From Antedon mediterranea (lineage: Eukaryota; Animalia; Echinodermata): DNA of 64,000 bases. Shown here piece after piece: positions 10,232-24,280 of the stretch. A model generated the notes under the pieces. It was not told the origin of the DNA, made no database searches, and saw only the letters and a program-made list of their open reading frames with translations. How positions within the stretch are numbered: the stretch's first letter is position 1; the number at the start of each line of letters is the position of its first letter. The stretch lies in contig NC_092676.1 of assembly GCF_964355755.1 (NCBI RefSeq), forward strand, positions 30,150,871-30,214,870, read 5' to 3'. A program made the translations under genes and the position numbers.

Positions 10232-13200
10232 ATGAAGTTGGATACACCAGAGATATCATGGCATGGACGTGACCCCGTTTACAGCATTGATGTGCAGAAA
10301 ACCAAAAAGCGCACACGCCTAGCAACAGGGGGTGCAGACAACAAAATACGTGTAAGCAATTCAATACTTATTTATCTGTACGTTTCTGTAAATTTAGTAG
10401 CATTTTTTTTCAATTTGTGCTTTTATCATTTATTTATTTAGTCCTTTAACTTAAAATCTTTATACTTCTGTATTTATAATTGTTGTCTTGAATATAGATA
10501 TGGTATTTGACAGTTGATAATGATGGTAAGCCTTGGGTTGAGTTTGCTTCTAACTTATCAAGACACACTAAAGCAGTGAACGTTGTAAGGTTCTCAACAA
10601 CTCAAAATCTACTAGCATCTGCTGGTGATGGTTAGTATTCAAATAATGAATGTTTATGAGTGTAATAGTACAAATAATGGCATTAGGACATTTTTTCTGT
10701 ACCCTAAAAAAGTACTATTGAATGACCATTCAATAGTGCGTACGATTGCATGCCATGTGACCCACAATCGTCCAATCAAATGACAGGAATGTATTCAACC
10801 AATAATTCCACTTCTGTAAGCATGTTTATACATACAATTGGTACTAATTGTACTGTAAATATGTTATATATTCAGTGTTTCAACTGTAAAATTACTACGG
10901 AAGTTGGAAAAGACTTACATAATGATTTATTCTATCTTTATATTTGTTATATTTAGAGAGTGTAATCTATTTATGGAAACTTCAAGAAGGTCAGGTCGGG
11001 TCATCATTTATGGACAAAGAGGAAGAAATAGAAAACAAAGAAAGTTGGACTGTTCACAAGATGTTACGGTAAATAAATAAATATAAACTAGTTCTTCAAG
11101 TTGTATTTATATTTCCTATTATTATTTATAAACTGTATCTTAAATTACTTAATTAATTTTCTTTTTAGAGGTCACTTAGAAGATGTATATGACCTCTGTT
11201 GGTCTAAAGACTGCAACCAGCTTGTATCTGGGTCTGTAGATAACAGTGCAATTGTCTGGGATATAAACAAAGGTATTAACATCATGTTCAACATCTTATA
11301 TTTTACAAAATAACCTTCCATGTATATGCATTTATATCAATTATATAACTTAATATGTATTTGGATAATTTGTAATTAGATATTATTGCACTTCTACTGA
11401 TAATTCTCTTTTGCAGGTGAAAAATTATTTTTATTGAAAGACCACAAGAATTATGTTCAAGGAGTGGCCTTTGACCCTCTAAGTCAGTATGTTGCAACAT
11501 TCAGCTGTGACAGGTATGTTATACATTAATGTTGGAATCAAAAGACAACTGCCCATTAAAGATATTATAATGAGATATCCCGGACCTTGGCATTGGAAAG
11601 CAAGTACGTTAACACTAAGCTACAGCTCCACTATTTCATGTATTTATTGTATTACAGATCTTGTAGGGTATACAGTCTTCAATCTAAACGATGTGTTAAT
11701 CACCTGACAAGGATGTCAGTCACCTCAACAAACAGTGTTGGAGAGGTAAATGTTTCCGTATTTTAAACATTTATTGAACATGCTTTATTAAAAAGCCTAT
11801 TCAACTGGTAGCTCATGAGCTGCTCTCAGTGTTTGGATAGAAACAGCAAGGATTTAAAAAACTAGATCTCCTCAAAACATACCAGTTGAATTTGAAAGCA
11901 TATATTACAATGGTATAATGTCAACTCTCCCATTCATTTTATTTTATAGCCACAGCAAAAACAGGTTCGCATGTTTCACGATGATGACAGCTTAAAATCG
12001 TTCTTCCGTCGACTGTCCTTCAGCCCTGATGGGGAGTTGTTGATTGTACCATGTGGTGTGTATGATGCTGGGGAAAGTAGTACATTAAATACTACATTTG
12101 TTTTCTCAAGAACATCGTTAAGCAAGTATGTTCAATCAAAGTGTTTTGTAAATTTATTAGGTTTTACAAAGAAGCATACTAACATCTCTTTAAACGCTTT
12201 TTTTTGTACTAAAATTATGATGGATTCTTCTAGGCCTGTGCTTCACTATCCTGGACCCACCAAACCCACTGTTGCTGTGCGCTGTTGCCCTGTGCTCTTT
12301 GAGTTGAAAAACAAACAAACAGAGGAAGAAGCTGGACAAACAAACAAACAAACAAATGGAGAGCAGATATTGAAAAATAGAGAGAGGGTTGAAGGAACTG
12401 AAGAAGAAATGAATGGAAAGAAAGATGATTCAGATGTTAACAATACTAAAAATAAACCAAAATCATTATTTAAGTAAGTCACTATTTGTGTAGCCTTATA
12501 ATTATATCCTATACATAGTCCTTTTGTTTGTGTAGCCTTCCATACTTATACAATCATTTGTTTTGTGTAACCTCCTATATGTAGTAATTATTTTGTGTAG
12601 CCTTTCATACTTAGGCAGTAATTCTGTATTGCAGAGCCTCCTATATGCAGTAATTTTGTTTGTGTAGCCTTCCATACTTAGGCAGTAATTTTGTTTTGTG
12701 TAGCCTCCCATACTAATACTGTCACTTTTGTATAGTCTTCCATATCGGATGATTTTTGCAGTTGCATCAGAGGATTCCATTATTTTGTATGACACTGAGC
12801 AAACAACACCATTTGGACTCATATCCAAGATACACTATCAACAGATTAATGATATATCATGGTATGTAATGCATAATTTAATTTTATTGCCCTCGGTATA
12901 TCCTCCGGTATAATCCCACTTCGGGTCTAATCCCACTTCGGGTCTAATCCCACTCCCTACTTTATCTCTGATTTCACAAACAGGCATATCCCTGTTCATA
13001 GTCCCAGTATTTACTTTTGGTCTGGATGTAGGCCTCTAGCCAGTTCAGATGAGTTTTTACAAGAAATGCTTACCAAAATATTTTTTTTTTCTGAGCCAGG
13101 GTTTTCTCGGGTATAGTCCCACCCCCAAAGTTGGCCCAATTTAGTGTTCTAAGGGGATGGGATTATACAAGAGGATATTTTGCTTTTAACTATTGTATAT

Positions 13201-14777
13201 AATATTTTCCAAGGACATTATGATTTATAAGTACAATAACAATTTTGTTATTTAAAATGTAGGTCTGCAGATGGAAAGTTCTTAGTGGTGTGTTCAACTG
13301 ATGGTTACTGTACTATTATTCTGTTTGAAAATGAAGAACTTGGAGTTCCATACAAAAAGATAGAAGCCACAACATCATTGGATAAAAATATTAATTGTAA
13401 TGATCTCAGTGCAGCAATATCCAATAAGAATCCTTCACCTGTGGATGTACCAAAGTCTGTAGATGTAAAGAAACAAGAATCAACCAATCAAAAAACCTCA
13501 ACTTGTGAGCCTAGACGAGTTGCCTTGACGACTGTGACAACTGCTTCTAATGACTCTAAATGGTAATTCTATGTGAAATGATGATATCACAAATGAGCAA
13601 AATGTCAATTCAAACAAACGAGACATAATCAATGTAGCTCTCTGGAAACAATCCCAATCTATCTTTGAAATTTGAACCTATGTCAATAACATAACAATAA
13701 TATAATGCTAATAAAATCAAAAGTTAAAGCAAATCAGAGTTAATAATCATCATCCTTTTCTAAATAAAAATATTATTATATTATTTTCTTTTTTAGTCAA
13801 AATCAGCATGCAGAGAAAAGGAGAATTCCACTCACAAGTATTTCATCGCCTCCAACAACAACAACAGACTTAGATAGGGGTAAGTTAACAATGATGTGTT
13901 TACATGTGTATACACACCCAATAGATGCATAGGGGTAAGTTAACAATGATGTGTTGTGTACACACACCCAATAGATGCATAGTTCTTGCTATAGTCAATT
14001 TGAATATAGTAGTGATATGACATCATCATGTCCATTTATGGGCACATATTCACATAAAGTTTGATGGTGTAGATAGAGCTTTAAATGTGTATTATTTTAA
14101 AGCTTCAAGTAAGTGTGAAAAGCCACAGCCAAGGAGGATCCAGTTAACATCAGTTCCAAGTTCATCGTCATCATCAACCCTGGAAACCAGGACCAGTGAA
14201 CCTAATATCAATGGAAGTGTTTCAACTCAAGGTAAAGTATAAACAATTTATCTTTGTGTGAAAACAAATTAATGATGTTCAACTTTAGTTTTGTAGTTTT
14301 TTCATGATTCTTGTTTTTTAGTTGAAATTACTCAACCACGAAGAATCCAGTTAACGTCTGTTCCAAATTCATCTTCTTTAGAGACGAACAGTAAAAGCAA
14401 TGACAACTCTTTTAAAGGTAAGTTACAAATCACACACTATATTGCAATCCCACATTACTATGAAAATACACTATTGAATTGTGATTTTATGTCTTTTTAA
14501 TCTATTGCTCTAAACAACATGACCATATGTAAAACAGGTGCAATATCTATACCTGATATGCTTTTAAATAAATAAATAAATTGTGAAAGTATACATTTCT
14601 TTTTTAGCTTTAAGTAACGCCGCCGGAAATCCACAACCAAGAAGGATCCAGCTAACAACATTACCATCTTCCTTAGCAACAGGCAATAGTGGTATCAGCA
14701 ACGTGCCAGCTCAAGCTAACACTCAACCAAGTGTTTCCAAGGACAAAACAGAAATTGCTGACTCTATGGCAGAGTAA
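10232..14777 (+). CDS. CHAF1B: Chromatin assembly factor 1 subunit B (p60), multi-exon span
   Basis: [68 protein letters not shown] and [10 protein letters not shown]40 segments, then a low-complexity tail with RRI-L motifs. Confidence 0.94.
12485..12745. repeat. Degenerate ~30-40-bp tandem repeat resembling the adjacent CHAF1B splice acceptor
   Basis: Recurrent TTTGTGTAGCCTYCCATA units ending in the real acceptor TTTTGTATAG|TCTTCCATAT. Confidence 0.65.
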
Positions 14778-15098
14778 AATTTGTGGCCTAGGCATACCAT
14801 ACCAGTACAGTAGTATCTTTGATATTAACAATAAATTGAACATAGACAAGCCACATATTGTAAATAGCCTTGATTTATTGCCATGTCAGAATTAAGTATG
14901 GTACTTAAATATCTCATTTTTAATAAGCTATTGGAAGACATGCTTTTGTAGGTTTGGGTTAAAAAAGATCATGTATTGTATTTTAGCACTTATAATAACT
15001 GGATAGTTTTATATTGATAGATTTAAATAAACTACCAAGACAAAAACACATTATTTACATTTAATTAAAAAAAAATATAATTTTAAAATTCATTGATG

Positions 15099-17503
15099 TT
15101 ATAAGGAAGCAAGATGGCGGATATCATCCGGCGCTACCAATGGCGGAGCAGGCTTCCATGAACTTAAGTCTGCTACCACACTAACATCGTCTTGAAACCT
15201 TCGTCGTCTTTCCTTAACTGTATATGGTTCACTGTGAAGAAAGTCAGTACAAGAATGCGTATTACTAAAGCTCTGTCTACACTATCAAACTAGTATGACA
15301 AAAAAGGGTGATGTGCCCAAATATGGTGGTGATATGCTTAAATATGGTAGTGATATGACATCATATCCATATATGGGCATTTATGAATGTGAATGAAAAA
15401 TAAGTGGTACCTTGAAATATCTGGAAGCTTCTGTAGTGGTACAAAGGTGTCTGGCTTTTTCAAAGGAGGGCCACTGTAAGAGAATTTAATCAATATTAGT
15501 GTCAATTTCTAATACGAGTTTTGAAAATGATATTCACAAAGAAGAAGTTTACAGTATAGGGCTGTGTAGTTTTGTGTAAAAAAGTAAAATCGAAAACATT
15601 ACCCAAAATTGACAACAGGTCTGGAAGAGCCCCCGTTGTGAAAGTTAGGGGAGTATTCCACCACCTGATAGGTTTTATCTCCCGGTGAAGCGTATGGAAA
15701 TTCTCTTTTCTCCCATATTGAATTGTCTAAATAAAAAAATATATACTGTACATTTATTAGGCAATTTAATTGCAGGTGAATTGTTGAAAGCTATTTGTAC
15801 AAGTCATTCAAACTGTCCCCCGGCAACTCAATCAAATACTTACATTTGCGTCGTCTACCATACAAAGTTGAATGCTTTATTTCTTGAGTTGATGCTAAGT
15901 TACTTGTATGCTGTAATTCTCCATTTTCGTTACCAAAGAAGCATTTTTTTCCAGTTGTAAAGTTTTGGTAGAATTGCCATTCATTGTATGTCCGCCTTGT
16001 TTGACCTGCAAAATTTCACACATCAACTAATTATAGCTTTCTTTTTTTTTTTTTTTTATAAAAAATCATCATTGGAGTACATTATTACTGGACATATATC
16101 CAATTTTAAGACAAGACAAGATGCATTTAGCTTACCAGGGAATGACCTTTGACCTGCTGGAAGGCCCTCTGGATGTTTAGCATCTCTGTCAGCTGGTGAT
16201 GGTATATACCTCACCATTGACTCCCAGTCAGGACCATTACTAAAAGAAACAAAAAAAGTATTTTAATAATCTGCACAGTGAAATTAGTTTATAAATTGCT
16301 GGTGAGAATAAGAAAAAGCTGCTCCAACGGAAATTCGAAACCTGGAATCTTCTGCTTAAAATATGAAAGTGACATTGTCATTAGACCACTGTGTGGTTGG
16401 TTATTTAAAATCCAATCAGTTGGATAGCGATTATCTTATCTTGGCCGTGGCGTGGTATATTGATTTATTTCTGTTTTTATTGTGAAGACACCTTCATTAT
16501 CGTAGGCCTAATACTGATATCACTGGTGGATCACAGACACCTTCATTATCGTAGGCCTAATACTGATATCACTGGTGGATCACAGACACCTTCATTATTG
16601 TAGGCCTAATACTGATATCACTGGTGGATCACAAACACCTTCATTATCGTAGGCCTAATACTGATATCACTGGTGGATCACAAACACCTTCATTATCGTA
16701 GGCCTAATACTGATATCACTGGTGGATCACAAACACCTTCATTATCGTAGGCCTAATACTGATATCACTGGTGGATCACAGACACCTTCATTATCGTAGG
16801 CCTAATACTGATATCACTGGTGGATCACAAACACCTTCATTATCGTAGGCCTAATACTGATATCACTGGTGGATCACAGACACCTTCATTATCGTAGGCC
16901 TAATACTGATATCACTGGTGGATCACAAACACCTTCATTATCGTAGGCCTAATACTGATATCACTGGTGGATCACATAAACAAAATAAAATGTACAAAGT
17001 AAAAACAATATAAGTAAGGTAAAATATAACAAAGAGAAAGTTAATATAAAATATGTGGCGTGGTATTTATAATATTATACCTGGTGTATTTAACATCTAT
17101 AGCTTTTACATGCGGCTTCCACTCTGGTTGGCTTCCATGACCGGGATGAATGTAAACTCGTCCACTCGGTTTGCTACCAAGTTCTGTCTTGCATTTTTCT
17201 AATTGAAAATGCCGTCTTTCTCGTTCTGAAAATTAAAACAAGGTAAGGATTATTTTGTTCAAAAAATATTTTTACAATTAGCCCATGTATCCATAATTAT
17301 ATCATACTTAATCTGACACTACTGGATCTACCAATATGTAATACACTAAGGCGCAGTACAAACAACTAATTAAAGAAATAATCAGTTAAGTAAACAGGTA
17401 ACTTTATTGTAGTAGATTATTTTAACAAACTCATGCTAATATCATGAATATATATACCTTTCCTTCCTGGTACCCCAATTTCTGTTACGATATGTTGAGC
17501 CAT
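15099..17503 (-). CDS. SPATS1: Spermatogenesis-associated serine-rich protein 1-like, multi-exon span (missed by ORF track)
   Basis: Hand translation of exons: MAQHIVTEIGVPGRK..., SPGDKTYQVVEYSPNFHNGGSSRPVVNFG, KKPDTFVPLQKLP, PYTVKERRRRFQDDVSVVADLSSWKPAPPL...ASL*. These match the recalled SPATS1 C-terminal pattern. Confidence 0.78.
16486..16976. repeat. 49-bp minisatellite, 10 copies, in a SPATS1 intron
   Basis: Unit ARACACCTTCATTATCGTAGGCCTAATACTGATATCACTGGTGGATCAC. Confidence 0.95.
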
Positions 17504-17635
17504 GTCCCTTCTGTACGATTCATAATCATACAGTGTTAATTGTTATTAAGCCTAGCCTAGTTTGTTTACTTAAAGTTAGTTTAAGTTCCAGAAACAATCA
17601 CTGTGTACTTATTATTTCCCTCTTGTGCGCGTTAC

Positions 17636-17648
17636 ATTGCTAGGCAAC
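17636..17648. promoter_or_regulatory. RFX X-box-like motif in the SPATS1/CFAP298 divergent promoter
   Basis: ATTGCTAGGCAAC (reverse complement GTTGCCTAGCAAT) between two head-to-head cilia/flagella-associated genes. Confidence 0.55.
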
Positions 17649-18298
17649 AACGTCTGGCTCGTTCATAAATATTTACTATTATGATACTTTTAAATATTAT
17701 CATTATGTTCAATAAATATAAAGATATTGATAATATATTATTTTTAATTAATTGTATTTATTAATAACCAAAATTAGTAAGAATTAATGCAAATATTTAT
17801 TTTAAATCTTAGACCTAGTATGTATGTTTATCACTTCTGTGGTCTGCAAATTTTTTTTTGTCGAATCGAAAACAAACACAATATTTTTAGTGTTCGTACT
17901 TTGTTAGTAATAATTACATTTTGTGTATGTATATAGGCATAAATTAATAACCGTTAATGTATATACAATAAATATTCATCTTATTGTGTTTATACTTGGG
18001 TGTCTACTGTATCTAGGGCTAGACTAGCTAGGCCTAGGTATGGAATAAAAAATCGTGCGTCGACAATTGATTTGGACGGTGGCGTAGACCTACGCTTTCT
18101 AGGCCTAGGCTTTTATAGGTGGTGGGACTTGGCCTAGTTAAATGTTTGAATGATTAATGGGCTAGTGAATTAATTTCGATTTTGTTTAGGCCTATGTTTT
18201 CTAAATTTACTGAACATAATTGTGAATTAGGATACCTATAAGTAGGCATAATTATTAAATTGATTAGGAAGGCCTAGTTATTATTTCATTCAGACACC

Positions 18299-21200
18299 AT
18301 GGTACGCTTGTTGATTAAGAGGGCAGATGAAACGCAGTTCCTGTTTGATACGACTGTAATGATACTTGTACAAGACCTTCTTAACGAATTGATAGCAATT
18401 CATAATGCTAGACTTAAAGTTGACCGAATTTGCACAGGTAAACCAAAAGATACGACAAATAAATATTCCATTCGGGATTATGCCTTCCTCCATAGCCAAT
18501 TTTCTTTAATTCACTTTTCTTTTGTATATCCAACAATCATCTTTTTCATTTTTAATATACCTTACCATTTCTGTTTATTATTTTGTATTGTATTGCTATG
18601 GAGGAAAATAAATGTCTTTTGAAATGAAATGAAATGAAATTTAAATCTATTACTTTATTATTAGTATGTTTTTTGTAATTACTTTTGTTAAATATGCTTT
18701 CCCGTCGTCTTTGTTAAGGCTCTATCTATTTATTCATAATTTATCATAGTTTTATTTGTTGCATTCCTAAATTATATATATTTTTTTTCCCCAAGAACTT
18801 GGAGAACTATCAAAACATGGCATATCGTTGCCACCAAACATGCAAGGATTGGCTGATGAACAGATTGCTGACCTGAAACTGAAAGATGAATGGGCTGATA
18901 AATGTATGCCAAGTGGGGGCGCTGTGGTAAATCAAGATCCAATTGGAAGACGAAATGGTCAAGGTAAAATTCTACCATTATTTTGTAGAAGTACTTTACT
19001 TTAACTGTACTATTTGTGCGTACTGCCTTAATTTCTTTATGAGAATCGAGAATTTGTTAACCAAGTAATTAAACTATAAATTGTCTTTATTATTTATTTA
19101 TTGTATTTTTATTTATTTAAAAAACATCCAGAAGGAGACCCATAACATACAAAAATTTGAAATACAAGAATAAAAAGTAAAAAAGGCAATAAAAGTATAC
19201 AATAGTAAATAGTATATACTGTCTGAAGCAGGTTAACTACTGTAGAAGACTAGAAATTACAGGGGCATAGGGTAACAATTTAACACTAATGGATAACTAC
19301 AGTATACAAACACAAGGTTGTGTTTAAACCACTATCTACAAATGTTTTTCATTTCTTAGCACCGACTGAAAAAATGGCCGATGTTATCAACAGAACTGTA
19401 AGTGAGGCCAAGAAAATAATCTCAAATGTAAGTGTCAAATTGGAATCTAATATTTAAAAATTTAAAACCAACATCTCTCATAAAGTACCGTCTTTTTTTC
19501 AAAATTCAAAGCCCGGTCTACACTATCACACTTTATGTGACAACAAAATGTGATGTGCCCATATATGGAAAAAATGACATTAAATCACTAACATATTTGG
19601 GCACATCACACTTTTTTGTCAAACTTTTTTTGAAAGTGTAGACAGATCCTTAATATACCATCTTATTTATTTTCAAAACTCTTAAGCAGTGTCCACACTA
19701 TCAAAGTTTATGTGACAAAAGAATGTGATGTGCCCATATATGGACATGATGATGTCATATCACTACCATATTTGGGTACATCACACTAGTTTGATAGTGT
19801 AGACAAAGCTCTACTGCATCCATATATATTCCCATTGTTTTGTTTGATTGTATAGAAGCAAGCTGCTGCGAATGTTTGCATGACAAAGCAGATGGTACAA
19901 GAAGCATTAGATCAGCTGAGAGGTGCTGTGATGATTGTTTACCCAATGGGCCTACCTCCTCATGATCCGATACAGATGGAACTTGAAAACAATGAAGATC
20001 TTGAAGGACAACAGGTAAATATTGTCTACCCAATGGGCCTACCTCCTCATGATCCGATACAGATTGAGTTTGAAAACAACGAAGATCTTGAAGGACAACA
20101 GGTAAATATTATGATTGTCTATCCAATGGGCCTACCTCCTCATGATCCGATACAGATGGAGTTAGAAAACAACGAAGATCTTGAAGGACAACAGGTAAAT
20201 AGTATGATTGTCTACCCAATGGGCCTACCTCTTCATGATCCGATACAGATGGAGTTTGAAAACAACGAAGATCTTGAAGGACAACAGGTAAATATTATGA
20301 TTGTCTACCCAATGGGCCTACCTCCTCATGATCCGATACAGATGGAGTTTGAAAACAACGAAGATCTTGAAGGACAACAGGTAAATATTATGATTGTCTA
20401 CATTGTGTGATGTGCCCAAATATGGTAATTATATGACATCATCTTGTCCATATATGGGCACATCACATCTCAAACTAGTGTGATGTGCCCAAATATGGTA
20501 GTTATATGACATCATCTTGTCCATATATGGGCACATCACATCTCAAACTAGTGTGATGTGCCCAAATATGGTAGTTATATGACATCATCTTGTCCATATA
20601 TGGGCACATCACATCTCAAACTAGTATGATATGCCCAAATATGGTAGTTATATGACATCATCTTGTCTATATATGGGCACATCACATCTCTAACTAGTGT
20701 GATATGCCCAAATATGGTAGTTATAATTATAAATATTATATTATCATCTTGTCCATAAATATCTATTATTGATCGGTCAGAACTTGATCGGTCAGAACTT
20801 GATCGGTCAGAACTTGAGTGGTCAGAACTTGCTCGGTCAGAACTTGATCAGCCAGAACTTGATCGGCCAGAACTTGATCGGCCAGAACTTGATCGGTCAG
20901 AACTTGATCGGTCAGAACTTGATCGGTCAGAACTTGATTGGTCAGAACTTGATTTGTTTGTTGAATTTCTTTCAGGCGTCCTTGCAAGTTCTTGACACGA
21001 CAAACACATCTCTCTGGTTTTCTGCCAAAGAAATGAAACCTGATAAAAAATTACAAGATTTTGTAGGAAAGAATGAGAAAACAAAAATAATCGCAAAGTT
21101 ACAAAAGGTAAAAAACATATAAAATAAATTTATTTGTAAATGTTTGGCTGCCAATATTCACCCGGTCTATTGTAAAAACTTGAGTGAGTTTGTTTTTTTT

Positions 21201-21649
21201 GTTTTACAGAAGGGTCAGGGACCACCAGGAAGGGAACGTGTGTTTTCAGAAGCAGAGCAAAAAGCCATGATGGCCCATGCCTACCAAAAACAAGAAGAAT
21301 TTAAGGTAAGAAGTTTAGATGTCTAAGTTCTATATGTGGTATAAATGAGCATGTTCTTAGCTGAATTATGGCATGTGCAGCCACGGATGGTATATATATA
21401 ATGCTTAAAGTCTACTTCTAGATTAGACGAGATACATTTATAAATATTTGATGATTTATTAAGAAAATTGTACTATTACTATTATAAAAGGATGAAAAAA
21501 AGAAATGATATGAAATTTATATTAGTAATATTTTCCTTTTTTTGTAGAAACTTGAACAAGATTCCGAAGACTCTTTTATGAATTCTGATTGGGCGGATTC
21601 AAATTCACTAAAAAGACAATTCCATGGTTTAAAGAACATTAAGTGGTGA
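18299..21649 (+). CDS. CFAP298: Cilia- and flagella-associated protein 298 (C21orf59), multi-exon span
   Basis: MVRLLIKRADETQFL, HGISLPPNMQGLADEQI, DPIGRRNGQ, LRGAVMIVYPMGLPPHDPI, GKNEKTKIIAKLQK, WADSNSLKRQFHGLKNIKW*. Confidence 0.95.
19931..20401 (+). repeat. Five tandem 87-93-bp copies of a CFAP298 exon 3' end plus splice donor
   Basis: CAG|GTAAAT donors at 20015, 20102, 20195, 20288 and 20381, all in one open frame. Confidence 0.95.
20405..20760. repeat. 73-bp tandem array (~4.5 copies) derived from the interior of MITE family B
   Basis: Unit GTGTGATGTGCCCAAATATGG...ATATGGGCACATCACATCTCAAACTA. Confidence 0.88.
20768..20953. repeat. 15-bp minisatellite (TTGATCGGTCAGAAC), ~12 copies
   Basis: Direct inspection; lies just upstream of the acceptor near 20975. 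Confidence 0.95.
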
Positions 21650-22169
21650 CAGTGTCTTGTCATTCAAGTCAAATTATTTACAGCAATTCCACCAACTATT
21701 ATCAGTGCCGTAGCCAGCATAAATCAGACAAGGCGCTCGCCCCATCTGAAATTTTTAATTTTCACAACCTACTCCAATTTCCCAGCACAGATTGGAGTTC
21801 TCTAGTTATCTTCATGGTTTTAAAATTCACTGTGTCATATTTTAGCAAACAGAAAATATTAGGTTATTAAAAGTATAGTATTGTTGGGAATGTATAATAC
21901 AGTAAGCTTACTTGTTTGAGCATTATCATATTTTTATTTGTACAGTATTTTGTTTTCCTAATTTAGTCATTTTCATATTAATAAACATCCAATACAATAA
22001 TAACAAGGTCTATTAAATTATTTAGGATTTGCAAATGTCAAACGTAGAAAAAAAAAAGGCGAAAAACGACTCTTCGTGCTGTATTTTTAAAGAAATATTT
22101 GCTGAAAAAAAACCAAACAAACAAGAGCCACTAGTAAGAAAGAATCAATGTAGTTCGAAATATCAATTT

Positions 22170-22516
22170 GTGTGGTTTGGTTTTTGCAAATGTCAAACAT
22201 AAAACAACAAGAAAATCATGAATGAGAATTAAACAAACAAACAAGAGCCAACAATGTAGTTCAAAATATCAATCTTTATTGTTTGGTTTTTGCAAATGTC
22301 AAACATAAAACAACAAGAAAATCATGAATGAGAATTAAACAAACCAACAAGAGCCAACAATGTAGTTCAAAATATCAATTTGTATTGTTTGGTTTTTGCA
22401 AATGTCAAACATAAAACAACAAGAAAATCATGAATGAGAATTAAACAAACCAACAAGAGCCAACAATGTAGTTCAAAATATCAATCTTTATTGTTTGGTT
22501 TTTTGCAAATGTCAAG
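22170..22516. repeat. 106-bp tandem repeat, ~3 copies
   Basis: TGCAAATGTCAA recurs at 22185, 22291, 22397 and ~22504. Confidence 0.9.
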
Positions 22517-24174
22517 CACTCTTTATGTTCAAACGTCATGAAACAATTATGTAACATTGTGCCAAATTAAAAAAGCGTGACTATGTTCTAGCTAGGAGAG
22601 ATAACACTTTCACCATACAGCCATTCTGAAAAAATTTTATAAATATGATATGGACTTGAAATGTTTTATTTTAAACATGAAAAATGAAGATTAAGAAAAA
22701 AGGGTGACTTTGATTTGAATAGGCCTTTTAACTAATCACTACGTAGAAAAAAAAATAAAAAAATAAACAGTTAAATTCAACCAAAAACCTATTGACGTGA
22801 AGTAAATACTGTTTTTTTTCTCTTACTTCTTGTGATATTGTAGTCTTAAAAACATTTTCATAATTTTCCATTTTTATTGTTTATATTTGTAATTTGTAAG
22901 TCAAGGAAGAGCAATGTACAAATATTGAATGAATATCCAGAATAAAGAAAGATTTCTATTCTATCTATCTATCTATAACTATTATAAATGTGCATTAAAA
23001 TGACATATTCAACAAAAACAATTTAATTATATGTAAATCAATAATGCGGCTTGCTGCGTCCCTGACAGATATTTTTGCATACATATAAAATTTTCAACAA
23101 AAACTTATTTCACCATAAATCTCTGATCAGACTGATAATGACGTATGCGTGGGAAAATAAGTCAAGCGTGTCTGTCAATCAACGACCTCCAAGACGCTCA
23201 CAGACAAAACGTGTGATGGGATTCTAGACGGACAGAACACCGTGTCTACACTTTTCATCTTTTATCATAGTAAGAATAAATTGTATTAGTTTAGTGTAAT
23301 TTGAAGTAGTTGTATAAGTGTTTTGTTTGTCATTGTCGTTTGTTTCTTCATTTATATAAAACTCATTACCACAGGATCTTCTACTCTAGCTAGGCCTATG
23401 CAATCACTGCTCGCGAGGCCTGATTCACGACGGTCAGACAAGGAGATGAGATATCATTGAGTCCGCTCTGTTGAGAGGTGCTTTTATCGGGCTTTTGTTC
23501 TTAAGTCCAAAATAAATGTACTGTCTTTTTGTTCTCCCATTAAACAAAAGGCACCATTTTGATTGATACACTGTGAGTCTTCCCCTTTTTAAGGCATAAT
23601 TTGTAGTAAAAAAATTATATTAAAATAAATTTTTTTTAAAGAAAATCATTACCAATGAATAGTACCGTATATATATATATTAATAATATAATATTATTAA
23701 AGTATTTCATTAAAAAAATCACAATCTTTATTGCATATACTTGATTTTACTTTTTTAAACATTGATTTGAACTTTTATGATTTTAGATAATTTAAATAGA
23801 GTTGATATATTTTAAACATGTACATCAATTCATTCATCTTTTTAATAATTGCCAAATATATATATATTTAAATATTCTAATAATTAAACATTATTATAAT
23901 GTTTATATAGAATGTGTTAACTAGAATGCCGATTGATAAAACATGTTTTCCAAAGCTTGAATGAACATTATAAGTCTGTAAAATCAAACTTTGGACCATC
24001 TTCTAATTTCTAGTTTTAAAAAAAACCGTAATTTATGATTTTACATAAAAAATCCACACAAAATAAATGATATGCAATATATTCTTAATATTAAAAATTT
24101 TAATTGCAAAAAATTACAGATTTTTTCTGTTTTGAATATTTAATATTTTATACAGTATGTTTATATTTGTATAT

Positions 24175-24280
24175 CAAGGGCCCTTAATGATCAATTCCTC
24201 CAAGGGCCCTTAATGATCAATTCCTCCAAGGGCCCTTAATGATCAATTCCTCCAAGGGCCCTTAATGATCAATTCCTCCA
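24175..24280. repeat. 26-bp tandem repeat, 4 copies
   Basis: Unit CAAGGGCCCTTAATGATCAATTCCTC. Confidence 0.92.

Noticed and set aside
15601-15660. Suspected frameshift in a SPATS1 exon
   Set aside because: Recounting the C run shows the frame is intact (FHNGGSSRPVVNFG).
20766-20987. Pentapeptide-repeat ORFs (QVLTD, LIGQN, SSSDR)
   Set aside because: Translations of an intronic 15-bp minisatellite.
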